Shown here piece by piece: positions 41,900 through 56,594 of a stretch of DNA of 64,000 nt. The translations under genes and the position numbers were made by a program. Position 1 is the first letter of the stretch, and every line of letters starts with the position of its first letter. The notes beneath the pieces are model-generated. The model had not been told where the DNA came from. It searched no databases and was given only the letters and a program-made list of their open reading frames with translations. The DNA comes from Eledone cirrhosa (taxonomy: Eukaryota), in assembly GCA_964016885.1 (NCBI GenBank), contig OZ024743.1, positions 148,056,001 through 148,120,000 of the forward strand, given 5' to 3'.

Positions 41900-43560
41900 A
41901 GAAGAAAACTTCTTTTATTGATCATAACGGCCCAAGGTATTGAGGACATTACAAGGACGAAAAGTAACAGTGCTGGGTTTACATCGAGTAAAGTAAAGGA
42001 GACATCAACAAAGAGAAAACATTAGATATGGTAAATATTTATAATATTAATATAAAACAATAACGAATGTCAATTATGAAGTGTTCCTCAATAGAAATGG
42101 ACCGTGATTTAGGATAATTCTAATGCAAAGCCTACACCAAACATCACAGTACTCTGTCGTCTCACAAGCATTGACAGTGCTCTCACCCGGTTTCTTTTCT
42201 CCTGCTCAGAAAAGTATAGTCAAAGTAGGTCCATTAAACATCGTCAGTCACGTCACTCTCACCCATCTTTCATAAACATTCTAGATGGCAATACATTCCT
42301 CTCTACCCTCACTTTCCTCCTTAAGTGTTCTTAAATCCTTTAAATGTGTCCAACTTTCGAGATTCTTTCGCCATAGTTAGCAAGTCGAGGACATCATACC
42401 TTTTGTCTGAAGGAAGTGGGTGATTCAATTTTTGCTATAGATATATCTGATGACCGAATCTTTCCTCCCCGTGATGCGAGTCATGCGACACAATCTCACA
42501 AGTCTGCAACGCAAAGACACCGGGTGATAATTTGAAAAACGGTTTCGCTGCTCTATATGCATCTCAGACAGGTTCGATTGTTGGCGCTTCCATACCTGTA
42601 GAGCTTTCTCGAACCGGTAATGCTCCTCAATTGCATTGCCCATCCCAAGGAACTTTGGAAAATGTTCATAATCTGTGACCTAAAGTTTCTCCTGAAAACT
42701 CTGCTCAGACTGTTCTCGACAACACACAGAGCCATCCCTAGGCTATCATCGCTCATACCTTCCACTTACTTTCTATAGATAACAGATGTTGGTTTCCAGC
42801 CACATATCGCACTGCCCATCTGGCATCACTGCTTATATCAGGTGAACAAACGTGGTTATTAACTAGAACTGTAATGTGACAGACAAGGTTATGAGCTGTT
42901 GAAAGCCGTGTCGAACGAAATGCACACTCGCAAGCTGGTCTTCGCTTTCGTTGTCTTTGTAGTCGCAGTACTCAAGGTAATTCAGAAGGTGTGTTATGTA
43001 CAGCGCGTGACTGCGCATCGTTAATCATTACATCTTGAGGCTATCACCGAGTGGGCGTTGGAAGAAGATACATTTTCTGACAAGCTGAATGTGTTCCTTT
43101 ACATGAAATGTGATAGAGCACGCGTCGCAGTCTGGTGAGAGAGTTTTGTGAGCATGGTAGGCAACAGAAACCCGCTAGAATTTTTCCAGTATGATGCCAA
43201 CTGACGTGTCCGATATCAAATGGTGACATAATCTATGTATGCAGACACCACTTTCCTGTGAACTGGTTCAGTAGAAAGTCCTCTTAAAATTTCCATTCAC
43301 TACGGCAAAACTTTCAAAGTCGGTACAGAGAAGAGAACTTGTCTTGAACTGGAAATGCTCACGTGAAGTAATGTAATACCAGTGCTCTGCGGAGTGTGTC
43401 CATAATTCCAGGCTAGAAAGTCCTGAAGAAGAATATCCCCAGTGTCCTTTCGAGGCCTACAGGTACTCCAAGAATATTGCTCCTCGTGCCAACCTAGACA
43501 TTTATAGAAAGCAAACGTGTTCTTCCGACAGAAATGCCCAGCTGGTAAAGTGTACTAGCA
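41900..43560 (-). mobile_element. Old Tx1-like LINE 3' fragment within (ACT)n tracts
   Basis: Colinear degenerate similarity to 33.6-35.1 kb, e.g. CAGCGCGTGACTGCGCATC vs CAGCGCGTGTTTGCGCATC. The minus frame gives SLGMALCVVENSLSRVFRRNF..NIFQSSLGW. Confidence 0.6.
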
Positions 43561-43733
43561 AGGCTTACATATGGTTAGAAGCCAATATAGTCAAGCAATG
43601 TTTATGCATGCACCCTAATTTATTTTAATTATTTTTGATACTCTATATTTTTGCATGCGTATATGTGCATGCAAAAATACTTGTAAGGGCATATAGTTTG
43701 ACAACGAATAGCCTACCATAATTCCTTACATAT

Positions 43734-43782
<49 letters not shown>

Positions 43783-43783
43783 G

Positions 43784-43837
<54 letters not shown>

Positions 43838-44257
43838 GTACTACTATTACTACTACTACTACTACTACTACTGAAATTATTTATACCTGTCTTATTAATA
43901 ACAACAGTATATTTATGTTTAATCACAATACTTCTATTACTACTTTTCCATACGTGGTAGCAGGGAAAAATCCAGCCAATTTAAAAGAAAACCTAGCCTC
44001 GTGATTTTTTGATTGCTGGAGTTAAATCCTTCCCGATTCGCTTAATGATGCAATTAGATCTCTTTTATTTTATTTGCCTTCAATTCGCCGTAATTCAAGT
44101 GAACATTTCACGTTTTACCGTTACGTATTTCTATTTTTAAAGGCAATGCATGCTAGTAATATTTGCGAAATATTTATATCTGTGTCCACGGTTTGATATA
44201 GCTCAATTTCAGAAGATCCCACTCTAGTGTGAAAACAGAAATTGTTTGCTTCAACAT

Positions 44258-44297
<40 letters not shown>

Positions 44298-44300
44298 ATA

Positions 44301-44364
<64 letters not shown>

Positions 44365-45161
44365 GCATATATACATAAACATATATATAAGCATATTTTT
44401 TTATATTTACTCTTTATTTCTCTGTAATATATTTTACTACTTGCTGGTTGCGGATAAATTCTTCATGCTGCAATTGAAAGTTCTGCTAAGCCGATCTACC
44501 ATGAAAACAAACGTATAAATTACACACGGTAGTCTATTAATCATGCATATTCAGACAGGGATACATAATGGAGGCTTTGACCAAATCTTCTCAATCACTG
44601 ATCAGCGAGTTTATAACGTGTTTATAGGAGGTATGCTTGCCTTTCTATTTACCTCATGTTGATTTAAAAACAAAATGTTCTTTGTCTGCCTTCATCAAAC
44701 AATATATCCCTGCCTCTCGCTTTTCGCATGCATAGATTTGAGTGAGTTTGTGTATCTTTGTTTATTTGTATCAATCTGTGTATGCATGTGTGTTGCGTCT
44801 TATGCGTGTGTACATGCGCGCGTACGTGTGCGTGTGTGCGTGTGTGTGTATTTAAATCGAGTCGAATCTGCTTCACAGGGCAATATCCACACTAAGACAT
44901 TGCTACGTTGGTGTAGATAAATATAGAAGCCGCGTAATATAACGGCCACAACCTGATGATGTCCGTCATACCCATATCAGTAATTAATATAGGTTTGGTT
45001 GCTTTTATGCCGGAAATGATTTGGGCACTGTTCTGAAAGAGGTGTTTTGTTTCATTTTATACCGTGGGTTATGTATCTCGTAGTTCAGGTTGACTTCATG
45101 AGTATTATTGGTTTGAATTCAATTTATCCCGTTTAAGATAGGCCAATTTACAATTATAGTT

Positions 45162-45202
<41 letters not shown>

Positions 45203-45203
<1 letters not shown>

Positions 45204-45308
45204 CTACCTGAGGTACCCAGCTTCGCCCGGGAGAACAGTTAAGAGGAGACGGATAAAAGAGAAAACGACTGTATTGGATGTGTTATCTGGTATGAGGTGA
45301 GACCGTAA

Positions 45309-45347
<39 letters not shown>

Positions 45348-45520
45348 AAGACAGAAAAAAAACAACCGTAAAACTTCCTTATTAGGCTGGGGGAGTAAAA
45401 TGCATATTAAATGGTAGCATTGACGTTGGGTTTTAAATATGAAATAACCATAGTCAGTATGATCTTTTTCATCTCCAAAGGGCGTCATCTGAAACATAGC
45501 AATATACCGCATAACATTGC
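45203..45520 (-). mobile_element. Helitron remnant (3' hairpin end + Rep-region fragment)
   Basis: The terminus TACTAC..ACCCAGCTTCGCCCGGG, plus peptide FQMTPFG..FKTQRQCYHLI.ILLP resembling the Helitron FQMTSFG..FKVQGQVYH.IGSLLP motif. Confidence 0.65.
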
Positions 45521-45815
45521 TTCTGAAGTGTGGCTTCGTTAGTAGAGACTGTAAGTAATATATGTATCAAAGTTAGAGGGGAGATTAATTTCAAATGGTA
45601 TCAATTTTTCTTTGTTATGTAAAATCAAAGTCTGTAAAAGGACTTTATAAAAGCTAACGCAATATTGTAAAACCTTCAATAGATACTTTTGTGGGACGTC
45701 ACTCTCTCTCTGAACATCTAACACTTTCATTGTATCTCTCTCTGGATACGGCCTATCTCTCTCTTTCTGCTTCTCCATCTGTGTTTCTCTCTCTTTAGAT
45801 GTGTGAGTATGTATT

Positions 45816-45846
<31 letters not shown>

Positions 45847-46127
45847 GTGTGTGTGTGTGCGTGTGTGTGTAGTTTTCGTATGATTCAAAGAACCAGCCAA
45901 CCAATAAACATCTTTCTTTTAAATTACATATTGATATAGATATGATTATTGCGCGCGCGAGTGTGTGTGTGTGTATTAATATTTGTTATTAATAGCGACT
46001 ATTAACGTGTTATATATTTTGAAAAACCAATACAGTCGTTGTAACCTCAAGATAAACACTTACTATAAGATATTATATATACTATATACTATTATTTATT
46101 ATATATATTATATTATATATATTATAT

Positions 46128-46230
46128 CCCGCCAAGGTTAACTTTGCTTTTACTCCTTACGGGTTCGATAAAATAAAGTACCAGTAATGTACTGGGTAAT
46201 TGCTGGCCTTGTGCCTAAGTAGAAACAATT
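46128..46230 (+). mobile_element. tRNA-derived SINE, 3' half
   Basis: SINE core and tail TGCCTAAGTAGAAACAATT. Confidence 0.8.
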
Positions 46231-46622
46231 ATATATATTATATACGAGTTTTACATTCAGTGAATATTTAGCCCGTCAATTAGATTCGATTCCCTGTGAA
46301 GGCAGTCACAACGAGAGCTGGAGTTACAAACATGCATTTATAAGTTCTTTACAAATCCTAGTTTATCATGTTTATCATGGTTACCATGAAATCAAGCAAG
46401 ATAGTAATCAAAAGTGTCAATCAATAATCTTAAACCATGACCGTTTCGCTGACCGTTTCACAGACTATAGAATGTCTGGTTTAGATTTATAGAAAACTAC
46501 TACACTACTAATATGATACGTATAATTACGCATATATCGAAATATATAATTATAATTTCAACAAATGTCTGCGTAAATAAAGACTATATATATATATAGA
46601 TACACACACGCACACACACACA

Positions 46623-46683
<61 letters not shown>

Positions 46684-46686
<3 letters not shown>

Positions 46687-46878
46687 AAAAAAGTCAGAAC
46701 CCCGACGGCAGAGCTCAATCCGTTTCGACAGCTATTTCTGGACCAGAAATAGCTGTCGAAACGGCTTCAGCTCTGCCGTCGAGGTGCCGACTCTTTTCTT
46801 ATTAACCACCCTACTACCCAAGGTATCGAGTACTCTGGTACCTTATGGTCCACCTGGTTCCTTACCACAATTCCTTCG

Positions 46879-46880
<2 letters not shown>
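46684..46880 (+). mobile_element. Fold-back pLTR fragment related to the main PLE
   Basis: Palindrome centred at ~46742, with GAAACGGC..GCCGTC and the tail ending CCTTCGTT, inside (TA)n. Confidence 0.85.
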
Positions 46881-46976
<96 letters not shown>

Positions 46977-47083
46977 ATATATGTATAGTTTGGCAGCAAA
47001 ATGAAACGTGTGTTTTGATGATCCAAAACGTAGAAAGCAGGCTTTACTAAGACCAATTTTGTTTTTGTGCATGTTATTTAGAT

Positions 47084-47132
<49 letters not shown>

Positions 47133-47136
<4 letters not shown>

Positions 47137-48180
47137 GAGCAAATCATGGACTAGTTTAGATAAGACTAAACATAAGATAGGGAAAGCCACTTCATGATAC
47201 GACAACCATAGATACCAAGGTGTCATGTTCGTGGATGCTACCCCTCAAGGGATATTAGCTAAGCAATGTAGAAAGACCCTAAAAAAGTTCCATCTAAAGA
47301 TTAAAGTGGTAGAAAAACCAGGAACTACTATAAAATCCCTGATCAGCAAGACATACCCCTTTAAGAAAACCCACTGTACAAATAAGAAATGCGTTATATG
47401 TAGAATGAACCCCCAGATAAATTGTAAAGCTAGAAATGTAGTCTATAGCATCAGATGTACAGAGAGTACTTGTAGAAACATGACAAAGACATACATAGGT
47501 GAGACACCTCGAAGCATAGGAGAAAGAATAGACCAATACTGGAGGGTGGGGTGGGGGAACTAAAAGGATAAAAATAAAAAAAGGTTCAGTACTATACGAA
47601 CACGCCAGACAAAGACATGACGGTAATGTAGACAACATAGAAATTAAAATAATGTCTAAGCATAGAAATGACTCAACATGCAGGCAAATCACAGAAGCAA
47701 CTGAGATAGAACTAAGAAGACCGAAGTTGAACAGAAAGAACGACAACCATACTCAAGCAAACAATAGGAAATATTAATAAATAAATAGATATATAAATAT
47801 ATACACAAGTACAATAAAAAACAAACACATATAAACACACACTAGTGAACAAAGATAGAATGCAAAAACAAAAACACATAGACTCAAACGCGAACACACA
47901 CACCAAACATTATACACACACGCAAACGCCTGCGCAGAGACAGAGACAAGAATAAATAAATAAGTAAAATAAAAATGGTGTAGACATTATTATACAATGG
48001 GAGGAAACATAACAGTACTACTGATGATGTCGCGAAAGAACTTTGATAGACTGTATATACATGTATTTATATCTGTAGTTTTAACCGTTGGTCAATCAAT
48101 GATAAACATTGATGAATTAACTATGGAGCTATAACAGATACAGAAGCGAAAACCAACCCAAACCAGACAGTGAGGGTGTT
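47133..48180 (+). mobile_element. 5'-truncated Penelope-like element (Cys-rich linker + GIY-YIG)
   Basis: ORF 47225-47563 reads VMFVDATP..KIKVVEKPG..C..CVIC..NCKARNVVYSIRC..TYIGETPRSIGERI, followed by RQITEA..LN. It starts at a (TA)n tract. Confidence 0.85.
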
Positions 48181-48209
48181 CTGTTATTATTTCTGGCAAT
48201 ATATATAAA

Positions 48210-48397
48210 AGGCGGTGGATTGGCAGTATCGGTAGAGGGTCGGACGCCATGCTTTCCAGCATAGTTACGTCCCTTTACGATCTGAGTTCAAATCCCGCTG
48301 AGGTTGACTTTGCCTTTCAACCTTACGGGGTCGATAAAATAAAGTACCAGTAATTCACTGGGTAATTGCTGGCCTTGTGCCTAAAGTAGAAACAATT
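48210..48397 (+). mobile_element. Full-length tRNA-derived SINE inserted in a family-F piece
   Basis: A and B boxes plus the core. The 17-bp duplication ATTATTTCTGGCAATAT lies at 48186-48202 and 48395-48411. Confidence 0.88.
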
Positions 48398-48908
48398 ATT
48401 TCTGGCAATATTATAACAATATGACCCTCCCGAAGTATAACAATATATATATATATACACAACACACATACATACATATATATACCCACACACACATACA
48501 TACATATATATATCCACACACACACATACATATATATATATGTGTAGGTTCTTATGCGCATGTGCGTATTTATATGCGTATAACCGTTGCTGTACATTCC
48601 ATATCGTATTCTCTAGAGATACTTATAGCTACACGCTTCAATAATCCTTATCCCTAAGCCCAATCACCTGCCCACCTTTTCACCAAATAGCCTCCCTCTT
48701 ATTTAAGCTGTTTCATTTTTCTATCTCTTAAATTTTTCTAAATTTTACTTTCCTGCGTTCCATCTACCCCTCCTCTCCCCTCTTTTTGAACATCAACTCC
48801 CGATCCACAAAGCCTATCTCTCCTTGCCCCTCAGATTTCGTACGATCAAGAACTCTTTTCTGTTTCTTTCTTCATACGCACACACGTGCACACACACCCT
48901 AATACCCC

Positions 48909-48961
<53 letters not shown>

Positions 48962-49002
48962 GCACACATACACACAGACACAGACACAGACAGACAGACA
49001 CA

Positions 49003-49070
<68 letters not shown>

Positions 49071-49145
49071 TAATAGGTCGCTAAGTTCAATAGTTAATAC
49101 ATTATTTATTTGACCTACACGTGTTTCATTCTCTATGCACATTAT

Positions 49146-49217
49146 GGGGTCGATAAAATAAAGTACCAGTAATGCACTGGGTAATTGCTGGCCTTGTGCC
49201 TAAAGTAGAAACAATTA
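49146..49217 (+). mobile_element. tRNA-derived SINE 3' fragment
   Basis: GGGGTCGATAAAATAAAGTACCAG...AGAAACAATT. Confidence 0.8.
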
Positions 49218-49363
49218 TTTACAATTCCCTCATAAAAAATCGTCAGGATCAATTATATATATAACATATTAAAAAGTGTTTAATTACCTCTCCTGTAAGC
49301 AAGATATACTATCAGCTTCGACATACACCTACCTAGCTGCATACACACACACGTACACAGATA

Positions 49364-49440
49364 CAGGGTAACCCAAAAGAAACTCGACCATTTTATATAT
49401 AGTATAATTTGAAATGGTCTAGGGTCTTTTCGGCCAGGCT
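49364..49440. mobile_element. Tiny Tc1/mariner-like MITE
   Basis: TA-CAGGGTAACCCAAAAGAAACTCGACCATTT and AAATGGTCTAGGGTCTTTTCGGCCAGGCTG form imperfect TIRs. Confidence 0.45.
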
Positions 49441-49819
49441 GTTGATATATTGGTTTTATTATAGAGAAACTACGTTATATGACAGCAGCAGTTTAGTGGG
49501 TGATGCGGTCCGTATGCAGAGTTTGGGATGATGGATGTTCCGTGTTTAATTTGTCGAATTCGGGAGGTGAGTGCAGTTAGGTTTGGTCGGAGATATGAGT
49601 ACAGGTTGGCTTTCTTAATGTTTAAGGAATGATTGGAACTGTAACACACTTATTTACAATATTCTTTTTGTTTCATACACATATTCCCTCTATCTCTCTT
49701 TCTCTCTGTCTCTTACATATACACACACGCACGTATACATATTCATACAAAGATCTACCTTCCTTTCACTACATACGTACATAAATACATACATGAATAC
49801 ACATGTACATACGTACTTA

Positions 49820-49897
<78 letters not shown>

Positions 49898-50190
49898 GCT
49901 TAGATAGCAGAACGTATGTGTAAAAAAAACCCGTACTGTGTATTACTTGTGACAGTATCTTGTTAGCTCAATGTACGTTTATCACCTTGACTGATTCCTT
50001 CAAATGCATCTATCTCTTGAGTGATTACTTCAGTTTATTATGTTTCCTTATTTTTCCTTACTCTGACTAACAACCTTATTATGTATCATCTCCATTCTCA
50101 CTATTATCCTATGATCCTGTACCATATATCTATTGTTCTTATGATGTAGGTCGGCAGAGATTATCTTCATTACTGTATTTTTGTTTTCAA

Positions 50191-50237
50191 CGCTCTGATG
50201 AGTCCTGCCCCATGGTATGGATGAAACACTGTCAGCG
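50191..50237 (+). ncRNA. Canonical type-I hammerhead ribozyme in the (TA)n-flanked island 49893-50283
   Basis: CGCT-CTGATGA-GTCC tgccccatggtat GGAT-GAAA-CACTG-TC-AGCG, immediately followed by AATAAA. Confidence 0.88.
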
Positions 50238-50576
50238 AATAAAAATTGATTGATGTTATAACCGCTCTTTGTTTTCTCTTACTATATATATATATAGAGA
50301 GAAATAGATAGATAGATAGATAGATAGATAAAGATGTGTAGGGAGGGGTGCATAAATACACACACACGCGCGCATCTCCAACATACACACGGTGACCTCC
50401 CCATGGAAGTTTTATTCATTCTCAACGCACTGGTCAAACAGTAAATATGGTAGAAGACAGTAGCTCAAATTAACCCGCGGCTCGATTGAACCCAGAGCGT
50501 CAAACTCCTTAACCGCACAGATATACCTGCGGCGTATACATATATATATTACTGAGATAGTTGGATGTATGTGTAC

Positions 50577-50695
<119 letters not shown>

Positions 50696-51917
50696 TCTTT
50701 CTTTATTTAGGCAGGTATATATATATGACAGAATGAAATTGAGAATAGAGACTTCTTATAACCAGGTGCTTGAAGTGAGTTGGGCATAATATAAAATATA
50801 CCACAGAAAATACGAGTAAAATAAAATAAAAGTAAAACAGTAGTTTATCAGTAAGAAAGAGCCATCGAAGTTTTACCAAAATCTGCAAGAGCACTAGTAT
50901 AGCTGGTGGAAGTGGGACATTGGTCGTGACAGAGGTTGTAGTGTATAGGAGAAAAGTACGTGGAATATTTTATTTTCGGCGGTGGCGAGGGAAGGAACAG
51001 TAATACAAAACAGCATTTTTAATTTTTTTATTTTACTTGTATCTGTTTGTATATCTATTTATCTATGACATAAGATCAAAACTTAACGGAACACAAATTG
51101 GCATGCCTTCTATTGTCTAGTAATTTTATATTCATTTAAAAGAATAATAAATATATATAAAATGAAGTTGAGTACGAAAACGGAAAAACAACAGCCAAAG
51201 AATCATATAACAAACGCAACGAATAAATACGCATAACAAATGTAAAGTTTGGGGAGAAAAAGCAAACCACAAAGAAACAATAAAAACAAATAAAGCAGAA
51301 TTACGGTTATTCTTCAAAAGAATTAAATACAATAACTTTAAAAAGCCACCCAAAATTTTATATTTTCTCTGGGAAAATCAGCTTATATTTCTCCGACTTT
51401 GTGACCAACTCTTGGACAGATTGCTCTCAAAGCTCTCACTAAGCAGCGTAAATCTGTTTTGTTTACATCGACTGACTTCTTTCTTTCTATCTTTCTTTCT
51501 TTATGCTTTCCCCTCGGTCTTCTTTCTTTCTTGTGCTTTCGACTCCAATCCTTTTCCGTCCCTTCCCACTCTTTTTTATTCTTGTTTTTGATATGTGTTG
51601 TTCTTTTTAATACTTAAAATGGATTTAAAGATTTACCCTTGCCAAGTTTTACTTTGATATCAAGAAACGAACAAGATATAAAAAACAACATATATAGACA
51701 TAGATATATACATATATAAATACACACACATGCACAAATGATCGTTTTATGCTTACATCCATATGTATTATAAGTTTTCACATAAACTACATAGAATACA
51801 TAGAGATTTACTATATATATATATATATATATATACATACACACACACACATTCACACACATATATATATATATATTCAATATTTAATCCAATATGTAAA
51901 TCCACTCACACATACAC

Positions 51918-51983
<66 letters not shown>

Positions 51984-53559
51984 TTATGTGCGTGCTTGAA
52001 TGTGTCCGTCTGCGCACACGTGTGTGTGTACATACTTATGCATGTTCTCTAAAAATATATTTCGTAATGCGTAGATAAATTTATTAATACAGAAATACTT
52101 AAAAATTTCACCAGGCACCATAGAGATTTAACAAGCGATGTAGTAAACCAAAATATTGTTAAACGTATTTGGAATATGTTTGAATCTTGAGATAAAGGTT
52201 TGGCTTGTTTCTTTATTAATCTGTTTAGATATTGACTCGTTGCTCATATTTTTTCTTGTAGATGATGTTAGTTTTTACTTTCATTTTAATTTTTATTTGT
52301 TATTGAAATATTGTTGTTGATATTATGGCTATTTACTATTTCTTATTTAACTTCGAGCTTAGTGTAAACCATTCATTGTGTATCAATGTCTAAGATTCAT
52401 TGTTATCTTTTAGATCTACACAGTTTAAAGTCATCATGTATATATGTAACTTTTTGTGACATCTTCATGAAGCGATTAGATAGAAGTTATCCAAGAGTGA
52501 TGGTTTCTCCCCTACACCACGAGACTCAAGTGCATTTGATCTGAACTCGGGACGTTAACGAAGCACTTATAAATTTCACAGTGCCCCGTTCTACTTAATT
52601 AGTTATTACTAAGCTGAGAGTAACAGTGAGGCTGCCACTACAAGTTTTCTTATCCTGCTAGAAAAAGCAGGCATGCCTCTCAAATTCCAGCCTACTGTCT
52701 TGTGAAACGAACTTGTTGCATAGATAGCCATAGATAGACTAAGATAGCCATAGATAGACTAAGCCTAAAAATAAAAGGATCGATATGGCTATATGCCTTT
52801 GAGTATAATAGAAGACGTTGAATGGTTTTAGGCCAATGTTTGGTAAGCTGTATAGACAGAAGTGTTATATCTCTTTAATATATTCTTATTCGATACTGAC
52901 ATATTTTTTAGTATTTTATTATAGCTGTAATCACATCTTGATTGCCCTCAATAAAACTCATAACTGATACTTTATTTCATCAATCTCGGAATGTAGAAAG
53001 TGAATTTGTTAACGTTGAGATTTAAAACTCAGGGTGCAAAGGGCTGTTACTAAATACTCCATGTATTGTTAGACGCTTTAACGATTTTAAAATTATTGAT
53101 GTTTAATAGTTCTTGATTTTCTTTTGTGTGACTTTTTCAGAAGAGCATGGAGGAAGTAGATTCCAGTTTTACCCTATCCTGTTACCCACTTTTAATTATT
53201 TCTTTCAAATTATTTAATTTACATCGCAAATCTCATTCAATGGAGAAACATGGGTATTATGAAATCCTATTATATTATTCTTAAATTATTCTTAAAATCT
53301 TAATTCTTTAGCTGGTTGCACACTTTACACTGTGGTTATGTTGCGGGTACAGTATTTAAACTATTTTTAATCTGAAATGCTGAGTAGCAGTTTTGACATA
53401 AAAAAAAAACAATCCGGCACACCGTTTTACACAGAAAAAAATCATAAACAAGGGCAAGTATATACAAACATACATAGGTATAAACAGAACTATGCGGATA
53501 CATAGTTTGTATTTATTAAATAGCACTTAATCTTTTAGTTCATCCGGTAGAAGATATAT

Positions 53560-53735
53560 TTGTTTCTACTTTAGGCACAAGGCCAGCAATTACCCAGTTC
53601 ATTACTGGTACTTTATTTTATCGACCCCGTAAGGATGAAAGGCAAAGTCAACCTCGGCGGGATTTGAACTCAGATCGTAAAGGGACATAACTATGCTGGA
53701 AAGCATGGCGTCCGACCCTCTACCGATACTGCCAA
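53560..53735 (-). mobile_element. tRNA-derived SINE
   Basis: Near-identical to 17474-17653. Confidence 0.88.
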
Positions 53736-54519
53736 TATTGGATGGAATTCAGAACTACATAATTGGAAAGCGAATATTTTAACCACATGGCTCTACTGTA
53801 TTTCCGCGGCAAAATATGTATTGTGTTTAGGCACACATTTATATAAGAGACGTGTGAGATTATGTTACGTAAATGTTTTCATCAAGAGAAGTAATTAGTA
53901 GTATAAGTGAAATTAAATGGTATTTTTTAAACTTCTGATTGAAACCAAGCAATAAACTCAGCAGGCTTAGAAAGTGTCGAAGAGGTTGGCAAAGATTTGA
54001 TATAATACAACTGCCATTAGAGCTGTTTCTATAAATGCTACTAATCAGGATCAAATAAAAGATTTAATTGAGAGCAATAAACTCTAATAAATTAGCCATT
54101 TGATGAAGCAGCAAGAATGATGTTGAATTATTCACTGTAATTACTCAATTAAAAAAATTAACCATGAATTAATTTGTACAACATAGAATGCATTGCATCG
54201 GAAATAATACGCGCCAAGAAAATCTTCACTCGGTCTATTTTGTTTGTGTCGACTCTCTGCTACAAGTCAATTTGTTTTCTGAATTATTAATTTGGTAATT
54301 TCTATTTTATTTTTATCATTTTTGTATTATTCTTTTATGTCGGCGGGGATATATGTGTGTTTCTGTTTTTCTGTGTGTATTGAGGAAATATCTTAAAAAC
54401 TGAACATTTTGACAATGTGGACCTATATTTATTTATAGACTGAGAAGATTTATGTATAAATTTTCCAGAATTTTACTATTTTTACTGATGGTACTATGTA
54501 TCTCACAATGTTGATGTCT

Positions 54520-54588
<69 letters not shown>

Positions 54589-56118
54589 ATCGCTCTCTCT
54601 CTCTTTCTCTCTCTGAGTGTGTGTGTGTATGGCTGCATGTGTGCTTTTAGGTGTATGTGCGTGAAACCTCCACCCCCAAGCCCGTTAGTGTAATATTACG
54701 TTTTAAACTCCTTAGATTCGGGCTAAACAAAACCCTGTAGGTCTACAATAACAGGTGTTAAAGTCTTGATCATATCGTCATATGTTTCTGACAGAGGGCA
54801 TGCCGAACCACTTTTTCCAATATGTTGTTTCTGCTTCGTTTAACAGAATGAGTTACCGCTTATAGCCTCGTTCGTTATCGTTGCTCCATGGACTTTAATT
54901 GGAATTCAACTCATTAAAATTTATTGCACATATTGTCCCACTGAGCTGAGAAAGAACAGGCATAAAACTGCTAGAAATTTTGTATCCACCAAGCAACGTT
55001 GAACAGGAGTTACACCATGATCACGATGGGATTTCAATTCCACGTGGATAACCAAAATATGTCACCTACACCATTAATGCTCTTGCAAAAGGTATTAACA
55101 GCAATTAAAATTAAAGACAGCATTACAATTATTTTTTCTTGTTGTACATGGATTAGAACGTTCGTCCCTTGCCCCATTTGGCGAATGGATTATAAGATGG
55201 TGAGACAGAAAGAGGGAGAGTAATACCGTATTATTCGACCCTACCGATTGCGTCATATTTTATCGACTTCCATAGAATAAACTTCAAAGTTGGCATCGGT
55301 AGCATTTGAACTGAATGTACAGAAGGCCAGAACAAATATTACAAAATATTCTTTCCAACACCGTATTACCATTATTATGCACCACAAGAATATTTCATGA
55401 TGGGTGAGACAAAGGCTAAATTAAGTACAGGCGTTAATAAGTTTTACAATATTAAGTATTTCATCTCTTGCGATCAACTTACAACCAACATAATTTCAAT
55501 TATGTTTCCTCTATTTCCATTTTACATACACAAGATGCCTCAAATTTTTATAGAGTACAGACATTTTTTTCTTAAAGCAGACCAAGTAAAAAGAGTGAGA
55601 TGACTACAACTAGGAATTATTTTACTGTCAATTAATTTATAGTGATTCACAGAGAAAGGTTAAAAGCTTTAGCTACTTAGATGGAATTTGAACAGAGAAA
55701 CGATACACGGGAGAGAAATAATTCCTGCAATATTAGCTACAGAGATCTTCTGTGAAGCTGCTAGTTAAATGATATTTACCAATTAGCGATGTCACACGAT
55801 ATTATCCACATGGAATTAAATACGACATATGCAATTGTTTCTGTTATCGTAATATAATTATATCGTAATTGTTTAGTTACTCCTAATATCAAAGTAACAT
55901 TATACCAAAATGTAATAATGATTCCTGTGGTTGTCGTAACTTAAGAATATTACTACCACTAGAGATATAAAGATTAATACCCCAAATTTCCTAATGGATA
56001 TAGAGGTGGGGATATTAGAATATGTGCATCATATCTGTATTTCCCTTATGCAATGCAATGTTATACATACATTTATGCATACATACTTATATACACCTAT
56101 ACACACACACACACAAAT

Positions 56119-56189
<71 letters not shown>

Positions 56190-56414
56190 TGAATATCCAG
56201 ATACAATTTCCATTCTTCTGAAAGACATCACGTACTGGGATCGAAACTAGCTGATAGATAATGCTAACAATAAGGGAAACATTCGTCGGTTGCGCTTTAG
56301 AGTCATGGTTACCAAAGCGAAACGATATATTGTAGGTGTAGGTTCGAGTCCCACGGGTGAGGCATACAATATTGTTTCCGTATCCAGGGTTTATATGTTC
56401 ATTATATCTGGTCT

Positions 56415-56593
56415 GTGGATTAGCAGTATCGGTAGAGGGTCGGACGCCATGCTTTCCAGCATAGTTATGTCCCCTTACGATCTGAGTTCAAATCCCGCCG
56501 AGGTTGACTTTGCCTTTCATCCTTACGGGGTCGAGAAAATAAAGTACCAGTAATGCACTTGGTAATTGCTAGCCTTGTGCCTAAACAGAAACA
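56415..56593 (+). mobile_element. tRNA-derived SINE
   Basis: A and B boxes plus the SINE core. Confidence 0.88.
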
Positions 56594-56594
56594 A

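Noticed and set aside
44953-44980. CTGATGA motif
   Set aside because: No GAAA or stems lie at a suitable distance.
48021-48050. CTGATGA..GAAA in the PLE 3' UTR
   Set aside because: The position is suggestive, but stem II (TGTCGC) and stem III cannot form convincingly. It is a decayed HHR at best.
56290-56362. tRNA-like GGTTCGAGTCCC
   Set aside because: I could not build a cloverleaf. It is likely a decayed SINE head.
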